Assembly: GCA_964475625.1 (NCBI GenBank)
Contig: CAYYXK010000001.1
Coordinates: forward strand, 30,935-94,934
Reading direction: 5' to 3'
Length of the DNA stretch: 64,000 bases
DNA from: an uncultured Thermoplasmata archaeon
GTDB taxonomy: Archaea > Thermoplasmatota > Thermoplasmata > WALJ01
Every line of letters starts with the position of its first letter. Position 1 is the stretch's first letter. Positions 9,719-25,927 of the stretch are shown here, one piece after another. The notes beneath the pieces are model-generated. The model did no database searches and had not been told where the DNA came from. It saw only the letters and a program-made list of their open reading frames with translations. The translations under genes and the position numbers were made by a program.

Positions 9719-10597
9719 GTGAAACCGGATGTTCAGAGCGAGAGAATAGAGGGCGGATTCAAGCTCACTCGCGTCGGGGTTACCGGAGTGAAGAAGCCCG
9801 TGAATGTGGAGCGCAGCGGGAGGAAACTCACTCTTACGGCCACTTTCGACCTTTTTGTTGACCTTCCCTCGGAGCAGAGGGGTTCCCACATGTCAAGGAA
9901 CCTTGAGGTCGTGGGAGAGATAGTGGATGAAAGCCTTGAGAGGCCTGTGAGCGCCATAGAGGACCTAGCAGCTCAGATAACGAAAAAACTTCTTCTGAAA
10001 CATGATTATGCGAACTGTGCCGAGGCCGTAATTAAAGCCGACTATTTCATGGAGAAAAAGACTCCCGGCGGAAGAAAGACCATAGAGGCATACCGCATAG
10101 AAGGTCATGCCATAAATCGTGGAGGGGATGTTCAGAGGTTCATAGGTGTTGAAGTGGTGGGGATGAGCGCCTGTCCGTGTGCCATGGAAACACTCAGAGC
10201 GATGCTGAAGGAAAAGCATCCCGAATTTCAGGATTGCATGGATAAGATACCCATAATCACCCACAACCAGAGGAATATAGTCACGATCCGTGTTCAAATC
10301 CCGACCGGGGCGAGCATAGAGGCGGAGGATTTGATAGAGATAGCCGAGATGTCGCTGTCATCTCCGACCTTCGAGGTACTGAAAAGAGATGATGAAGGCA
10401 GGGTCGTTTATGAGGCGCATGTGAATCCCAAGTTCGTGGAGGATGTGGTGAGGGATGCGCTCCACAACCTTCTGGTGAGATACCCCGACATGCCGGCCGA
10501 TACATCCGTCATGGTCAGAAGCGAGAGCGAGGAATCGATACACAAGCACAACGCCTTCGCTGAGAGGATGACGACATTCGGGGAATTGAGGGAGTGA
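9719..10597 (+). CDS. mptA: GTP cyclohydrolase MptA/FolE2 family
   Basis: It carries 'SRNLE' and 'CPCA' motifs typical of FolE2/MptA. The start is GTG. Confidence 0.7.
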   Translation: MKPDVQSERIEGGFKLTRVGVTGVKKPVNVERSGRKLTLTATFDLFVDLPSEQRGSHMSRNLEVVGEIVDESLERPVSAIEDLAAQITKKLLLKHDYANCAEAVIKADYFMEKKTPGGRKTIEAYRIEGHAINRGGDVQRFIGVEVVGMSACPCAMETLRAMLKEKHPEFQDCMDKIPIITHNQRNIVTIRVQIPTGASIEAEDLIEIAEMSLSSPTFEVLKRDDEGRVVYEAHVNPKFVEDVVRDALHNLLVRYPDMPADTSVMVRSESEESIHKHNAFAERMTTFGELRE

Positions 10598-10657
10598 GAA
10601 TGCAGAAACCGCCCTTTTGAGCTTTTTATGAATTTTTATTTATATATTTATCTTTAA

Positions 10658-16137
<5,480 letters not shown>

Positions 16138-16145
<8 letters not shown>

Positions 16146-18570
16146 AATGGAAGATACGGATGAACAGAGGATAATCGAAAAACCCGTCGAGGAGGAGATG
16201 AAACACTCCTACATCGACTATGCGATGTCCGTTATAGTAGGCAGAGCGCTCCCTGACGCGAGGGACGGTTTGAAACCGGTACACCGCAGGATACTGTATG
16301 CCATGCAGGACATGGGGATCACATCCACGAAGGCATACAAGAAGAGCGCAAGGATAGTGGGAGAGGTCCTGGGTAAGTATCACCCGCACGGCGACAACGC
16401 CGTATATGACGCACTTGTAAGAATGGCACAGCCCTTCTCGTTGAGGTACCCGCTCATTGACGGGCAGGGTAACTTCGGGAGTGTCGACGGTGACAGTGCG
16501 GCGGCCATGAGATACACCGAGGCCCGGCTCTCGAAGATAGCGGAGTACATGCTGAAGGACATCGAGAAGAACACGGTTGATTTCGTACCGAACTTCGATG
16601 CCAGCCTGAAGGAGCCCGGGGTACTTCCATCGGTCTTTCCGAATCTTCTTGTGAACGGTTCGTCCGGAATAGCCGTGGGAATGGCGACGAACATGGCCCC
16701 CCACAACCTCAATGAGATAATAGACGGGATACTAGCTCTTATGGATGACCCGGAGATGAGCATGCCTGACCTGATGGAATATGTGAAAGGCCCGGATTTC
16801 CCTACGGGAGGTATAATCTACGGGAGCGCTCCGATCTATCAGGCGTATGCCACTGGCAGAGGAGCTGTCAAGGTAAGGGCGAGGACACATATCGAGGAGA
16901 ACGGGAACCGTGAGAGGATAGTTGTCACGGAGATACCCTATATGGTGAACAAGTCCGAGCTTCTGAAGAAGATAGCGGACCTTGTGAAGAACGGGGTCAT
17001 CGAGGGAATATCGGACCTGAGGGACGAGTCGGACCGCAGAGGTATGAGGATAGTCATAGAACTGAAAAGAGATGCGATGTCGGACATAGTTCTCAACCAT
17101 CTCTTCAAACACACACAGATGCAGACCACTTTCGGAATAAACAATGTGGCTCTCGTTGATGGAGTTCCAAGGACGCTCAACCTGAAGGAGCTTATGAACG
17201 AGTTCCTGAAACACAGGAGGACAGTCATACGGAGGAAGACCGAATATGAGCTGAGAAAGGCGGAGGAAAGGGCCCACATACTCGAGGGGCTCCTCATTGC
17301 GCTGGACCACATAGACGAGGTCATAAAGCTCATAAGAGGGTCGAAGAGCGCCGACGAGGCGAAACAGCACCTTATTGCCCGGTTCCTCTTCACCGAAGTT
17401 CAGGCGAAGGCGATACTCGATATGAGGCTTCAGAAACTTACGGGCCTTGAAAGGGAGGCTCTTCGCAGCGAGCACCGGGAACTTATGGAAAAGATAGCGG
17501 ACCTCAAGGACATACTCGCACAGGATGAAAGGATCATGGCGATAATTCGCGAGGACCTTCTTGAGATAAGGGAGAAGTTCGGGGACGAGAGGCGCACCGA
17601 GATAATGGAAAGCAGCGAGGACATAGAGATAGAGGACCTGATACCTGACGAAGATGTCGTTATAACGATGACAAAGGCCGGATATGTGAAGCGCATACCT
17701 CTTGAAACATACAAACAGCAGAGAAGAGGAGGTAAGGGCCTTATCGGAATGGATACGAAGGACGAGGACTTTGTGGTCTCGGCTATGACGACCACCAACC
17801 ACAAGTACATCCTTTTCTTCACGAACATAGGAAGGGTCTACTGGCTGAAGGCATGGCAGATCCCTCAGAGCGGACGGCGTTCAAAAGGAAAGCCCGTTGT
17901 CAATCTGCTCCCGAATCTGGAAAGGGGAGAAAAGATTGCGGCTGCCATACCTGTAAAGGACTTTTCGGAGGGGTACATCGTCTTTGCCACGCGGAAAGGC
18001 ATAATAAAGAAAACCGAGCTCATGGCGTACAGCCGGCCTCGCTCCACTGGAATATGGGCGATAGGCATCAATGAAGGGGATTCCATTGTCGATGTCTCGC
18101 TCTCCTCGGGAGATGACCAGATAGTTCTTGCAACGCGCAACGGATACGCTAACCGCTTCGATGAGAGCGAGGTGAGGCCCATGGGGAGAACCGCACACGG
18201 CGTCCGCGGAATAAGGCTGAAGAGCGATGAGGACGAGGTTGTTTCCATGGATATCGTGCATGAAGATTCCATACTGCTGAGCATAACGGAAAGAGGCTAT
18301 GGAAAGCGCTCTTATGCGAGGGACTACCGAAAGACGCACAGAGGCAGTCACGGAGTGATCGCGATGAGGATAAACGAGAGGAACGGGAAGCTCCTCAGGG
18401 TGCTCGATGTCTCCGATGTGGAAGAGATACTTCTCACAAGCAGGAACGGTATGATGATAAGAGTGCCCGTGGAGCAGATATCCATACATGGCAGGGCCAC
18501 CATGGGTGTGCGGATCATGCGGATGAACGAGGGCGACATCGTTGTGGACGTGGAGCCTCTGGTGGAGTGA
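16138..18570 (+). CDS. gyrA: DNA gyrase subunit A
   Basis: '[29 protein letters not shown]' is present, with the active-site Tyr region and C-terminal beta-pinwheel repeats. Confidence 0.95.
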
Positions 18571-18571
18571 C

Positions 18572-19357
18572 ATGCCCTCCATCCTTTGGTTCCTGCTAAA
18601 CCCGACACTTATCAAGATCGAGATACTCGTTGCGGTCGCCTTTCTGCCCTCCATTCTTTATATGCGCTGGATACGGAATGCCGAAAGGTACAATAGGGAG
18701 CCGTGGACAACGATAAGCCTCGTGTTCCTATGGGGTGCGATAACGGCGATAGTCATATCCCTTGCCCTTGAAATGCTTCTTTACGGGATATACGGGGCAT
18801 ACATCGTTCGAATGTATGAGTTGCTCCAAAACAACGAGACCGCGAGCGCTCTTGTCCTTACCTGTGTCATTGCGCCGTTCGTCGAAGAAGGCGCGAAGGT
18901 GCTCGGAGTCTTCTTCGCAAAAGGACATATATTCGAGATAGAGGACGGCTTCGTTTACGGGGCGGCGGCAGGACTCGGTTTTGCAGCGACCGAGAACCTC
19001 TTCTACGAATCCGGCACCCTTGCGGCATACGGACTTTTCGCCTATGTTCTGATGGTCATCATACGAAGCATTTCTTCAGCGCTGCTTCACGGGAGCGCCA
19101 CGGCGGTAAGCGGCTACGGGGTTGCGAGAAAGAGCATGTACGGACGCTCTTTCCTTCCATTCTTTCTGCTTGCGGTGCTCATGCATGCGAGCTTCAATTT
19201 CCTCGCTTCATTCTCAACGGTCTTCGAAGGCGTCTCACTTCCTCTCTTCGGCCTTGCTCTCGCAGTACTGTTCGGAATAACCTCCTTCATCATAATAAGG
19301 AGAAAGATACAATCGCTTGACCTATCCGGAAGATTCATGAGATACGGCGGTAATTGA
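18572..19357 (+). CDS. PrsW-family intramembrane metalloprotease
   Basis: Motifs 'EEGAKV', 'FAATENLFY' and 'HGSATA' are present with multiple TM helices. The start is 2 nt after the gyrA stop. Confidence 0.65.
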   Translation: MPSILWFLLNPTLIKIEILVAVAFLPSILYMRWIRNAERYNREPWTTISLVFLWGAITAIVISLALEMLLYGIYGAYIVRMYELLQNNETASALVLTCVIAPFVEEGAKVLGVFFAKGHIFEIEDGFVYGAAAGLGFAATENLFYESGTLAAYGLFAYVLMVIIRSISSALLHGSATAVSGYGVARKSMYGRSFLPFFLLAVLMHASFNFLASFSTVFEGVSLPLFGLALAVLFGITSFIIIRRKIQSLDLSGRFMRYGGN

Positions 19358-19358
19358 C

Positions 19359-19631
19359 ATGGCAGTGAAAGGTTTCAGGAACAGGTATATCACATTCCGT
19401 ATCGATGGGGAACTGGAGCGCAGGGAGATGATAAAACATCTGAACAGAATAGGGAGGAACATAGGAGTGCGTCTGAATCTCACGGTATTCGAAGGGAACA
19501 TGGGCATCGTCAGGGTGGAACATAAAGAACAGAAGGCGGCCATAGACGGCATGAACTCCTATACCGGGCTTAAAATACGCACCGTAAAGACATCCGGGAC
19601 CATAAAGAAGGCCAAATCATACCTCGTCTGA
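19359..19631 (+). CDS. RNase P protein subunit Pop5 (Rpp14 family), short form
   Basis: It has the 'RYITFRI' motif and a 'G.GIVRV' pattern, consistent with archaeal Pop5. Confidence 0.5.
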   Translation: MAVKGFRNRYITFRIDGELERREMIKHLNRIGRNIGVRLNLTVFEGNMGIVRVEHKEQKAAIDGMNSYTGLKIRTVKTSGTIKKAKSYLV

Positions 19632-20105
19632 TTCCCATATCTTGTCTCCTATCGAATGCACGGTTTTTATTGCCTTACCGCTTCGGCTCTCAACCATTTT
19701 TTTCCCATCCATAAGTGCTATCCCGACAACAAGAGGCTTTCCGTGTTTTTCCTCCTTAACCCACACGATGTCGCCCTCACATATCTCCGGGTCGGCATCG
19801 GTCACACCGGGGGCCATAACATCCGCACCGTTGTAAAGGAACTTTACCGCACCCATGTCCACGGTCACATGTTTTTTTGATGGTTCGGCGATAAGTATCC
19901 CTCTCAGGGAAGGGAATGCTTTTCCTTCGATTATGAGGCCCACCACTTTTCCGTGTGCGAATATGAGCATCATGTCCCCCATTTCCGCAACATCTATGTC
20001 ATCCTTGTGAGAGAAAGGACATATGCCCGCGCTCTCTATCATCTCATGTTCAAGCTTTGCAGCCTCTTTCTTTCTTATCCTTCTTCTTTTACGATATATG
20101 CTCAT
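19617..20105 (-). CDS. PUA-domain RNA-binding protein (MCT-1/Tma20-like, COG2016)
   Basis: The C-terminal PUA pattern is 'VDMGAVKFLYNGADVMAPGV...GDIVWV...GKPLVVGIA'. Confidence 0.55.
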   Translation of the reverse strand: MSIYRKRRRIRKKEAAKLEHEMIESAGICPFSHKDDIDVAEMGDMMLIFAHGKVVGLIIEGKAFPSLRGILIAEPSKKHVTVDMGAVKFLYNGADVMAPGVTDADPEICEGDIVWVKEEKHGKPLVVGIALMDGKKMVESRSGKAIKTVHSIGDKIWESDEV

Positions 20106-20118
20106 TTTCTTCCCTCGT

Positions 20119-21267
20119 TCACCATTCGTTATTTCCTTTGTCGACGGCCTGCTTTATCCTATCGCGCCACCATATTCCCTCCTCGTCATCTGGGAAATGG
20201 AAGAGATATCTCTCTATGAACTGAAGTGCGGCGCCCCATCTTCCCGCATCATACATCAATTCCGCTCGTTTCAGCCATCCAGATTCGCCGTGTTTCAGGC
20301 CTATGGCTTTCTGATAGGCCCTGTCAGCTTCGTTGGTCAGACCCTGCCCTGCGAATATCTCGCCTTTGAGGATGTAAAGCGATGCCATGTTCGGCCTGAG
20401 CGCTATCGCCTTCGATATGAACTGAAGTGCGGCGCCCCATCTCTTTCCCGATAGAGCCGCGGATGCCTTTCCCTGCCATGCAGGAATCCAAGCGTCATCT
20501 ATTCGAAGAGCCTGTGTGTATGAATCATCGGCGCTCTCTATCATCTCAAGGCCTTCATATGCCCTTCCCATTCCCGCGAGTGCGCGAGGGTTGCTGTCGT
20601 ATTCCGGTACCATGCGGTAAAGGTCAAGAGCTCCCCTGTAATCCCCCGCCTTCTGTGCAAGATATGCCTGATTCGTGATTATGTGCCCTCTGTGCGGCAT
20701 TATCTTCTCTCCTTCGGACAGATATATTCTCATTCTCTCTTCGATCACATTCGACAGTGCGTTCCTGTCCTCAGGAGATATCCCTCTGAGATATCCAAGA
20801 CGAGTCATAGAGTAGAAATAGACGGATGCAAGACGAGACAAGGTCTCCTCATCCGCCGAACCTATGTGCTCATGGAGAGCCAGTGCGGAATTCATGATGT
20901 GGGACATGTTGTCCAAATCGTCCAATGTCGGTTCTATCTCATATATATCCTCCATATAGAGGGGTGCACCCATATGGTTAAGATACATGTTTATCTTCCA
21001 GAACATCTTCTCCGCATCCGCTTTCAAGGGTTTCTCCGGAATTCTAACATCGTCCTTCAGATTGATATCGTCTATGAAACTCTCTCGGTCATGGCCGAGG
21101 GAAAGAACGAGGGTGTTCTTCTTGGATAATATGTCCGGAATGCTGTCTCCCACCAAATAATTGCGGCAGTGCCATAAGGGGTCCCTTTCAAAAGCTTTTA
21201 TCGCACAGTCACCGCATATCTGAAAATCAGCGTCAAGTTCTTTTCCACATAGAATGCAATGCATCAT
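20119..21267 (-). CDS. TPR-repeat protein with N-terminal zinc ribbon
   Basis: It begins 'MMHCILCGKEL...CGDC' and then has repeated W/Y...A...G TPR-like helices. Confidence 0.5.
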   Translation of the reverse strand: MMHCILCGKELDADFQICGDCAIKAFERDPLWHCRNYLVGDSIPDILSKKNTLVLSLGHDRESFIDDINLKDDVRIPEKPLKADAEKMFWKINMYLNHMGAPLYMEDIYEIEPTLDDLDNMSHIMNSALALHEHIGSADEETLSRLASVYFYSMTRLGYLRGISPEDRNALSNVIEERMRIYLSEGEKIMPHRGHIITNQAYLAQKAGDYRGALDLYRMVPEYDSNPRALAGMGRAYEGLEMIESADDSYTQALRIDDAWIPAWQGKASAALSGKRWGAALQFISKAIALRPNMASLYILKGEIFAGQGLTNEADRAYQKAIGLKHGESGWLKRAELMYDAGRWGAALQFIERYLFHFPDDEEGIWWRDRIKQAVDKGNNEW

Positions 21268-21319
21268 ACCTGCATGGGCTTTGAGGATAAAAAACTTCCC
21301 TGCAAAAAGGTGCAAAGAC

Positions 21320-21327
21320 TTATATAT
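21320..21327 (+). promoter_or_regulatory. TATA box of the rps19e operon promoter
   Basis: A ttatatat box lies about 48 bp upstream of the ATG. AAGGAGG (21355-21361) serves as the SD. Confidence 0.45.
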
Positions 21328-21367
21328 GAGATGCGAGTAGGCGAGTTGCCCCTCAAGGAGGAATACA

Positions 21368-21829
21368 ATGACAGGCGTAAGAGATGTACCTGCGGAATTG
21401 CTCATAGATAAAGCCGCTGAAAAGCTGAAGGAAGTGGATACGATATACCCGCCAAAATGGGCTCAGTATATCAAGACCGGGATACACAGGGAAAAGAGAC
21501 CCATCGACTCGGACTGGTGGTATACAAGGACCGCCGCAGTTCTGAGGAAGGTCTACATACACGGGCCGGTTGGAGTGATGAGGCTGAGCGCCATGTTCGG
21601 AGGAAGAGTTGACAGGGGTTCCAAGAGGTATCACCCCTCAAGAGGAAGCAGGTCCGTGATACAGACCAGCTTGATTCAGCTTGAGAACGCCGGTTTCGTG
21701 GTAAAGGATGGTAAAAAAGGAAGAAGAATAAGTCCGACGGGGCAGAAATTCCTTGACAACATGTCCTATGAGATCATGAAAGAAATCGTGGAAACGAAGC
21801 CGGAAATGAAGAAATACATTAAAAAGTGA
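21368..21829 (+). CDS. rps19e: Ribosomal protein S19e
   Basis: 'WYTRTAAVLRKVYIHGPVGV' is the S19e signature. Confidence 0.9.
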   Translation: MTGVRDVPAELLIDKAAEKLKEVDTIYPPKWAQYIKTGIHREKRPIDSDWWYTRTAAVLRKVYIHGPVGVMRLSAMFGGRVDRGSKRYHPSRGSRSVIQTSLIQLENAGFVVKDGKKGRRISPTGQKFLDNMSYEIMKEIVETKPEMKKYIKK

Positions 21830-22161
21830 TGAAAATGGATGATGAGCTGGAAGAGATAAAAAAGAGGAAGCTTCTGGAACTGCAGAAGCAGCAGGAGATG
21901 GCCTCCATTCAGGAACAGCAGCGTCAGCAGATGGAACTTGAAAGGAGCGCTCTTCTCAGGCAGATTACGACACCGGAAGCAAGAGAAAGGCTCGCAAGGC
22001 TCAAAATGGCTCACCCAGATATAGCCGAGAGTGTGGAGAACCAACTTCTGGCCCTTGCCCAGTCGGGAAGGCTGGACCGGGTGATAGATGATGAAACCCT
22101 CAAGATGATACTTGAACGGGCGATACCGCAGAAAAGAGAGATAAAAATAGAAAGAAGGTGA
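21829..22161 (+). CDS. PDCD5/TFAR19-like dsDNA-binding protein (DUF296)
   Basis: It is a coiled-coil Q/E-rich protein in the conserved position after rps19e. It overlaps the S19e stop (TGATG). Confidence 0.6.
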   Translation: MKMDDELEEIKKRKLLELQKQQEMASIQEQQRQQMELERSALLRQITTPEARERLARLKMAHPDIAESVENQLLALAQSGRLDRVIDDETLKMILERAIPQKREIKIERR

Positions 22162-22162
22162 A

Positions 22163-22320
22163 ATGATGACCAGTCATAAACCGTATGGAAAAAAGATAAG
22201 ACTTCTTAGAAAGGTGAAGCAGAACCGCCGTGTCCCTGCATGGGTCATGCAAAGGACGAACAGGAACTTTATGAGGCACCCCAAACAGAGAAACTGGAGA
22301 AGGGGCAGGCTCAAACTATG
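22163..22320 (+). CDS. rpl39e: Ribosomal protein L39e (52 aa; absent from the ORF track because it is under 60 aa)
   Basis: The translation is '[52 protein letters not shown]'. AAGGTGA is the SD at 22154-22160. Confidence 0.8.
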
Positions 22321-22330
22321 AGGTGAGAAA

Positions 22331-22594
22331 ATGGCTGATGAAATTGAAAGGGTCTATACGATAACATTCGGAAAGCTCAAGAACATTCCACGCACTAACA
22401 GGGCACCTCGTGCGATAAAACACATAAGGGAATTCGCCGCACGCCACATGAAGGCCGAGCCGGAGGACATATGGATAGACCATCGGGTCAACGAGATAGT
22501 GTGGGCAAAAGGCAAGAACAAGCTCCCGTCCAGCATAAGAGTGAAGATTATCAAATTCGAGGATATCGTAGAGGTCCTCCCACCGGAAGAGTGA
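22331..22594 (+). CDS. rpl31e: Ribosomal protein L31e
   Basis: The 'ERVYTI...IREFAARHMK' family pattern is present. Confidence 0.85.
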   Translation: MADEIERVYTITFGKLKNIPRTNRAPRAIKHIREFAARHMKAEPEDIWIDHRVNEIVWAKGKNKLPSSIRVKIIKFEDIVEVLPPEE

Positions 22595-22595
22595 G

Positions 22596-23255
22596 ATGTT
22601 AAAGCTTCTGGAATTCGATTCCAACCCCTTTTTGGGGGTTATGGGTCTGGCAACAGACCGTTTTGCACTGCTGCCTTCCATGCTTTCCGATGAAATGGTC
22701 GAAGAGATAGAGGGTGTTCTGGATGTGCCATGTATCCGAACGCAGATCGGAGGTTCCGGACTCATAGGCTCTCTTGTGGCATCCAATTCCAAAGGTGCCG
22801 TCGTTTCCTATATCGCGGAGGAAGAAGAGATCAAAGAGCTGGAAAAGCATGTGGATGTGCTCATTCTGGAAGACAAACACAATGCGGCCGGAAACAACAT
22901 ACTGGCAAATGACAAGGCCGCTTTGATTCATCCCAAGATAAGCGGAAGATGGGTGCGTAAGATAGAAAAGGTTCTCGGTGTGCCTGCGGAAAAAAGCACT
23001 ATCGCCGACATACCCACCGTGGGTTCGGCATCGGTTGTAACGAATAAAGGCGGACTCGCACACCCTGATGCGGACGATGGTGAGCTTGAATATCTGAGCA
23101 ATCTTTTCGGAGTCAAATTCTACAGGGGAACTGCCAATTACGGCAGCGGCTTTGTTGGTGCGTGCATGATTGCGAACTCGAAGGGTGCGGTGGTCGGCAA
23201 CATGACAACAAATGTTGAGATCGGGCGTATAGAAGATGCTTTCGACCTTCTCTGA
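22596..23255 (+). CDS. eif6: Translation initiation factor 6 (aIF6)
   Basis: It has repeated 'G.G.IG' eIF6 pentein-fold repeats and is the right length for eIF6. Confidence 0.85.
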   Translation: MLKLLEFDSNPFLGVMGLATDRFALLPSMLSDEMVEEIEGVLDVPCIRTQIGGSGLIGSLVASNSKGAVVSYIAEEEEIKELEKHVDVLILEDKHNAAGNNILANDKAALIHPKISGRWVRKIEKVLGVPAEKSTIADIPTVGSASVVTNKGGLAHPDADDGELEYLSNLFGVKFYRGTANYGSGFVGACMIANSKGAVVGNMTTNVEIGRIEDAFDLL

Positions 23256-23292
23256 GCAAAATATTTTATAGTCTGCCTTCTTTCGCATTTTC

Positions 23293-24132
23293 ATGCTTAA
23301 ACGGCCGATTGCGGTGCTCATGTTCGTTATTCTTATGGTGCCTGTGTTCTCTACGGCAGCCGATGTATTCGCTCCAACCGTAGAGGACTATGTCTGCAAT
23401 CCCCGTAACACCAACTTCCTTTTCCTGAACTTCTCCGGAGATACGATATATCCCGGAAATTCCGGCAATCTGGTATTTCGCCTCAATAATCCGTATAACA
23501 GAAGCATGGAAGATATCAATCTTACTGCCGAGATATACGCGTGGGCGGACCTTGAGGACTACAGGGATATCGACGCCAAGTTCCCAAACCCTCCGACCAT
23601 GAAACAGGGTACGGGGCGCATATATTCGGACCATGTCGAGGAACTTCTGCCTTCCATGAACATAACATATGACCTGAAAATAAACACGAAGGAAAACACG
23701 CTTGAAGGGACATATTATGTGCGGTTTACCCTTGAATTCGACTATTCCAATTCCAGCAAGAATTCCGCCACACACTTCATCATGCGCTCCATGTCATACT
23801 ACACGAAAGAACAATGGGATTATGCGACAAGGGTGCCGAGCGAATCGGACCTTCCTTATTATCGGCATGGTGTGAACATGACATATCTGAGCCGTTTCTA
23901 CCCTGTTGATGCCATAATTCCCTTCACAAGCTTCTCGGTGCACAGAGGAATACCAAAATGGCCTCTTTTCGTACTCGGTGGCGGAGCCGTGTTCTTCGCG
24001 GTGCTGGCATACATGTATTACATGAATGACAATTATGGAAAATACAAATGGCTAGATGAGAAGACCAAGCAGATGTCTGGCAAATACCAGAAGTTTAGGC
24101 GTAGACTTTACGAGAGGGCGCGCCAGAAGTGA
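23293..24132 (+). CDS. Hypothetical secreted/membrane glycoprotein (N-terminal signal peptide, C-terminal TM)
   Basis: Its signal peptide is 'MLKRPIAVLMFVILMVPVFSTAA'. It has many N-x-S/T sequons and a C-terminal 'LFVLGGGAVFFAVLAYMYY' helix. Its 3' end overlaps the convergent gene by 81 bp. Confidence 0.4.
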   Translation: MLKRPIAVLMFVILMVPVFSTAADVFAPTVEDYVCNPRNTNFLFLNFSGDTIYPGNSGNLVFRLNNPYNRSMEDINLTAEIYAWADLEDYRDIDAKFPNPPTMKQGTGRIYSDHVEELLPSMNITYDLKINTKENTLEGTYYVRFTLEFDYSNSSKNSATHFIMRSMSYYTKEQWDYATRVPSESDLPYYRHGVNMTYLSRFYPVDAIIPFTSFSVHRGIPKWPLFVLGGGAVFFAVLAYMYYMNDNYGKYKWLDEKTKQMSGKYQKFRRRLYERARQK

Positions 24133-25182
24133 GGGGTGGTCTATATCACCCAACTCCGAGATTATTCTTTTTGAGTTCGCATTGTTGAGTTCATGCATTA
24201 TCTTCTCCATATCCTTTTCGGATAACTCGGCGTATACCTTACGGATGTACATGCCGTTCTTAATCTCCTTTCCCACATCGGACTGCCATTTTTTCTGATA
24301 CGATGACAGGTCCGTGCTGTCTTTTTCGAGAGCGGATACCGTGCTGTCGACGAGAATCCTCGCCGCACTAAGGCCCGGATACAGGCCTCCTCCAGAGAGG
24401 GGCTTCACCTGAACTGCTGCGTCCCCCACCAATGCCACATTTTTATCGGTTATCTTTCTCGAATTGCCTATAGGTATGGCACCGCCGTGATATGTGATAG
24501 AACGGCTTTCAAAGCCCGGAAAACGTCTTTTCAATATCGAAAGGGCAGGTGGATTTCCGGGACTTGCCGTGCCTATGAGAGATCCATCCTCCATCGGTAT
24601 CTGCCATGTAAAGAAGGCACTGTCCGGTTCCGGCCATATCCTTATCTCATCGACTTCATCCGTTATATGTGCCTGAAAAGCACCGAGCACCTCTTTTGGC
24701 CGACCCATGTCGAACGCCCTTGCAACGGAGGAGGTCACCCCGTCGGCACCTATCAAAACCCTTGACCTTATGGTAATGCTCTCTCCGGATGAGCGGAGGT
24801 CCGACAGGATCCCTCTTTCGTCCCGTCTGAATGATACGGCACGGGTTCCGAGCATTATGTCCGCACCTTTACGCACTGCCTTTTCCATCAATTCCCGGTC
24901 AAACATCGCCCTATCCATGGCAACGGCCTTTACATCCGATGCGGATATATCGAGCTCTTCTTTTCCGGTGAATATCTTCGCCTTCTTAAACTCTCTGAGC
25001 CTGACCCTCTGGCTTGAGCCTGCCATACGCAGAACGGCCGGGCTTACAAGCCCCGAACACTGCACCGGCCTGCCTACCTCACGGTGTTCCTCAACTATAA
25101 GCACGGAAAAACCTCTTTCCGCAAGAGCGCCCGCAACTGCTGCTCCCGACGGGCCGCCGCCCACAATAATGGCATCATACAT
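24052..25182 (-). CDS. Geranylgeranyl reductase family FAD-dependent oxidoreductase (digeranylgeranylglycerophospholipid reductase-like)
   Basis: It has an N-terminal 'YDAIIVGGGPSGAA' FAD motif and is the length of a GGR. Confidence 0.75.
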   Translation of the reverse strand: MYDAIIVGGGPSGAAVAGALAERGFSVLIVEEHREVGRPVQCSGLVSPAVLRMAGSSQRVRLREFKKAKIFTGKEELDISASDVKAVAMDRAMFDRELMEKAVRKGADIMLGTRAVSFRRDERGILSDLRSSGESITIRSRVLIGADGVTSSVARAFDMGRPKEVLGAFQAHITDEVDEIRIWPEPDSAFFTWQIPMEDGSLIGTASPGNPPALSILKRRFPGFESRSITYHGGAIPIGNSRKITDKNVALVGDAAVQVKPLSGGGLYPGLSAARILVDSTVSALEKDSTDLSSYQKKWQSDVGKEIKNGMYIRKVYAELSEKDMEKIMHELNNANSKRIISELGDIDHPSLLARPLVKSTPKLLVFARHLLGLLI

Positions 25183-25186
25183 GCTA

Positions 25187-25927
25187 TCACTTCGGAGTTA
25201 TTCCTCTCTCGGTGACGGAATATTCCATTATTCCGAGCCGTTCGGGGTGGTTCCTTACCTTCTGAATTATGAGGAAATGACTGAAATGCTTTTCTTTTCT
25301 CTGCTTTTCGAGCTCCACTATGGCATCCACTATCTCTTCCACACCGCTCTCCGTCTTAGTTTCATGGACCCCTTTCAGCATGGTTACCAGCACGACCCCC
25401 CTCTGATGCTGACTGTGTGCCTTGATAGTCCGTAGGGCGGACATGACATGCTGCGGCTCATAATATTCGAGAAAGAAATCCAGCGAGTCTACTATCACCC
25501 TGAAAGGCGGCTCCAGTTTGGATATCTCATATGTTACCTTTGTAAGGAAATTGACACCCTTTGATATGTCCTGTTTCCTGAGCCTCTTGAGATCCCTTAT
25601 TGTAACTCCTTCCTGTCTGTAACGACTTATCTCCACCTCTCTGGCAAGAACCTTCTCATAGTATTCTCCCCCTATGTTCACTATGTTTATGTTCGGATCC
25701 CATCCGAAGTGCTCCATGGTCTTCTTGACATCCTCGTCCCTTTCATTTGTCGTGAAATAGATCACGTTTTCCTTTCCAACGCCTGCCGATGCGAACTGCT
25801 TGGCGAAGAGCTCTGTGCCGGAACCCGGAGACCCGTGTACCAGTATCATGAATCCTTCGGGAACTCCCCCCAGGACCTCGTCCAGTTCGGGTATGCCTAT
25901 GCTTCTGTGTCCCGGCTCCATTACCAT
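25187..25927 (-). CDS. KaiC/RecA-superfamily ATPase-like protein (FlaH/ArlH-like) with Walker A lacking the lysine (GSPGSGTE)
   Basis: 'GIPELDEVLGGVPEGFMILVHGSPGSGTELFAKQF' is the KaiC-like N-terminus. The gene is translationally coupled to the upstream gene. Confidence 0.55.
   Translation of the reverse strand: MVMEPGHRSIGIPELDEVLGGVPEGFMILVHGSPGSGTELFAKQFASAGVGKENVIYFTTNERDEDVKKTMEHFGWDPNINIVNIGGEYYEKVLAREVEISRYRQEGVTIRDLKRLRKQDISKGVNFLTKVTYEISKLEPPFRVIVDSLDFFLEYYEPQHVMSALRTIKAHSQHQRGVVLVTMLKGVHETKTESGVEEIVDAIVELEKQRKEKHFSHFLIIQKVRNHPERLGIMEYSVTERGITPK

Noticed and set aside
10281-10300. A tRNA T-loop-like 'GTTCAAATCC' motif
   Set aside because: It lies inside the mptA coding sequence. 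No complementary T-stem or acceptor-stem and no anticodon arm could be folded. It is coincidental.
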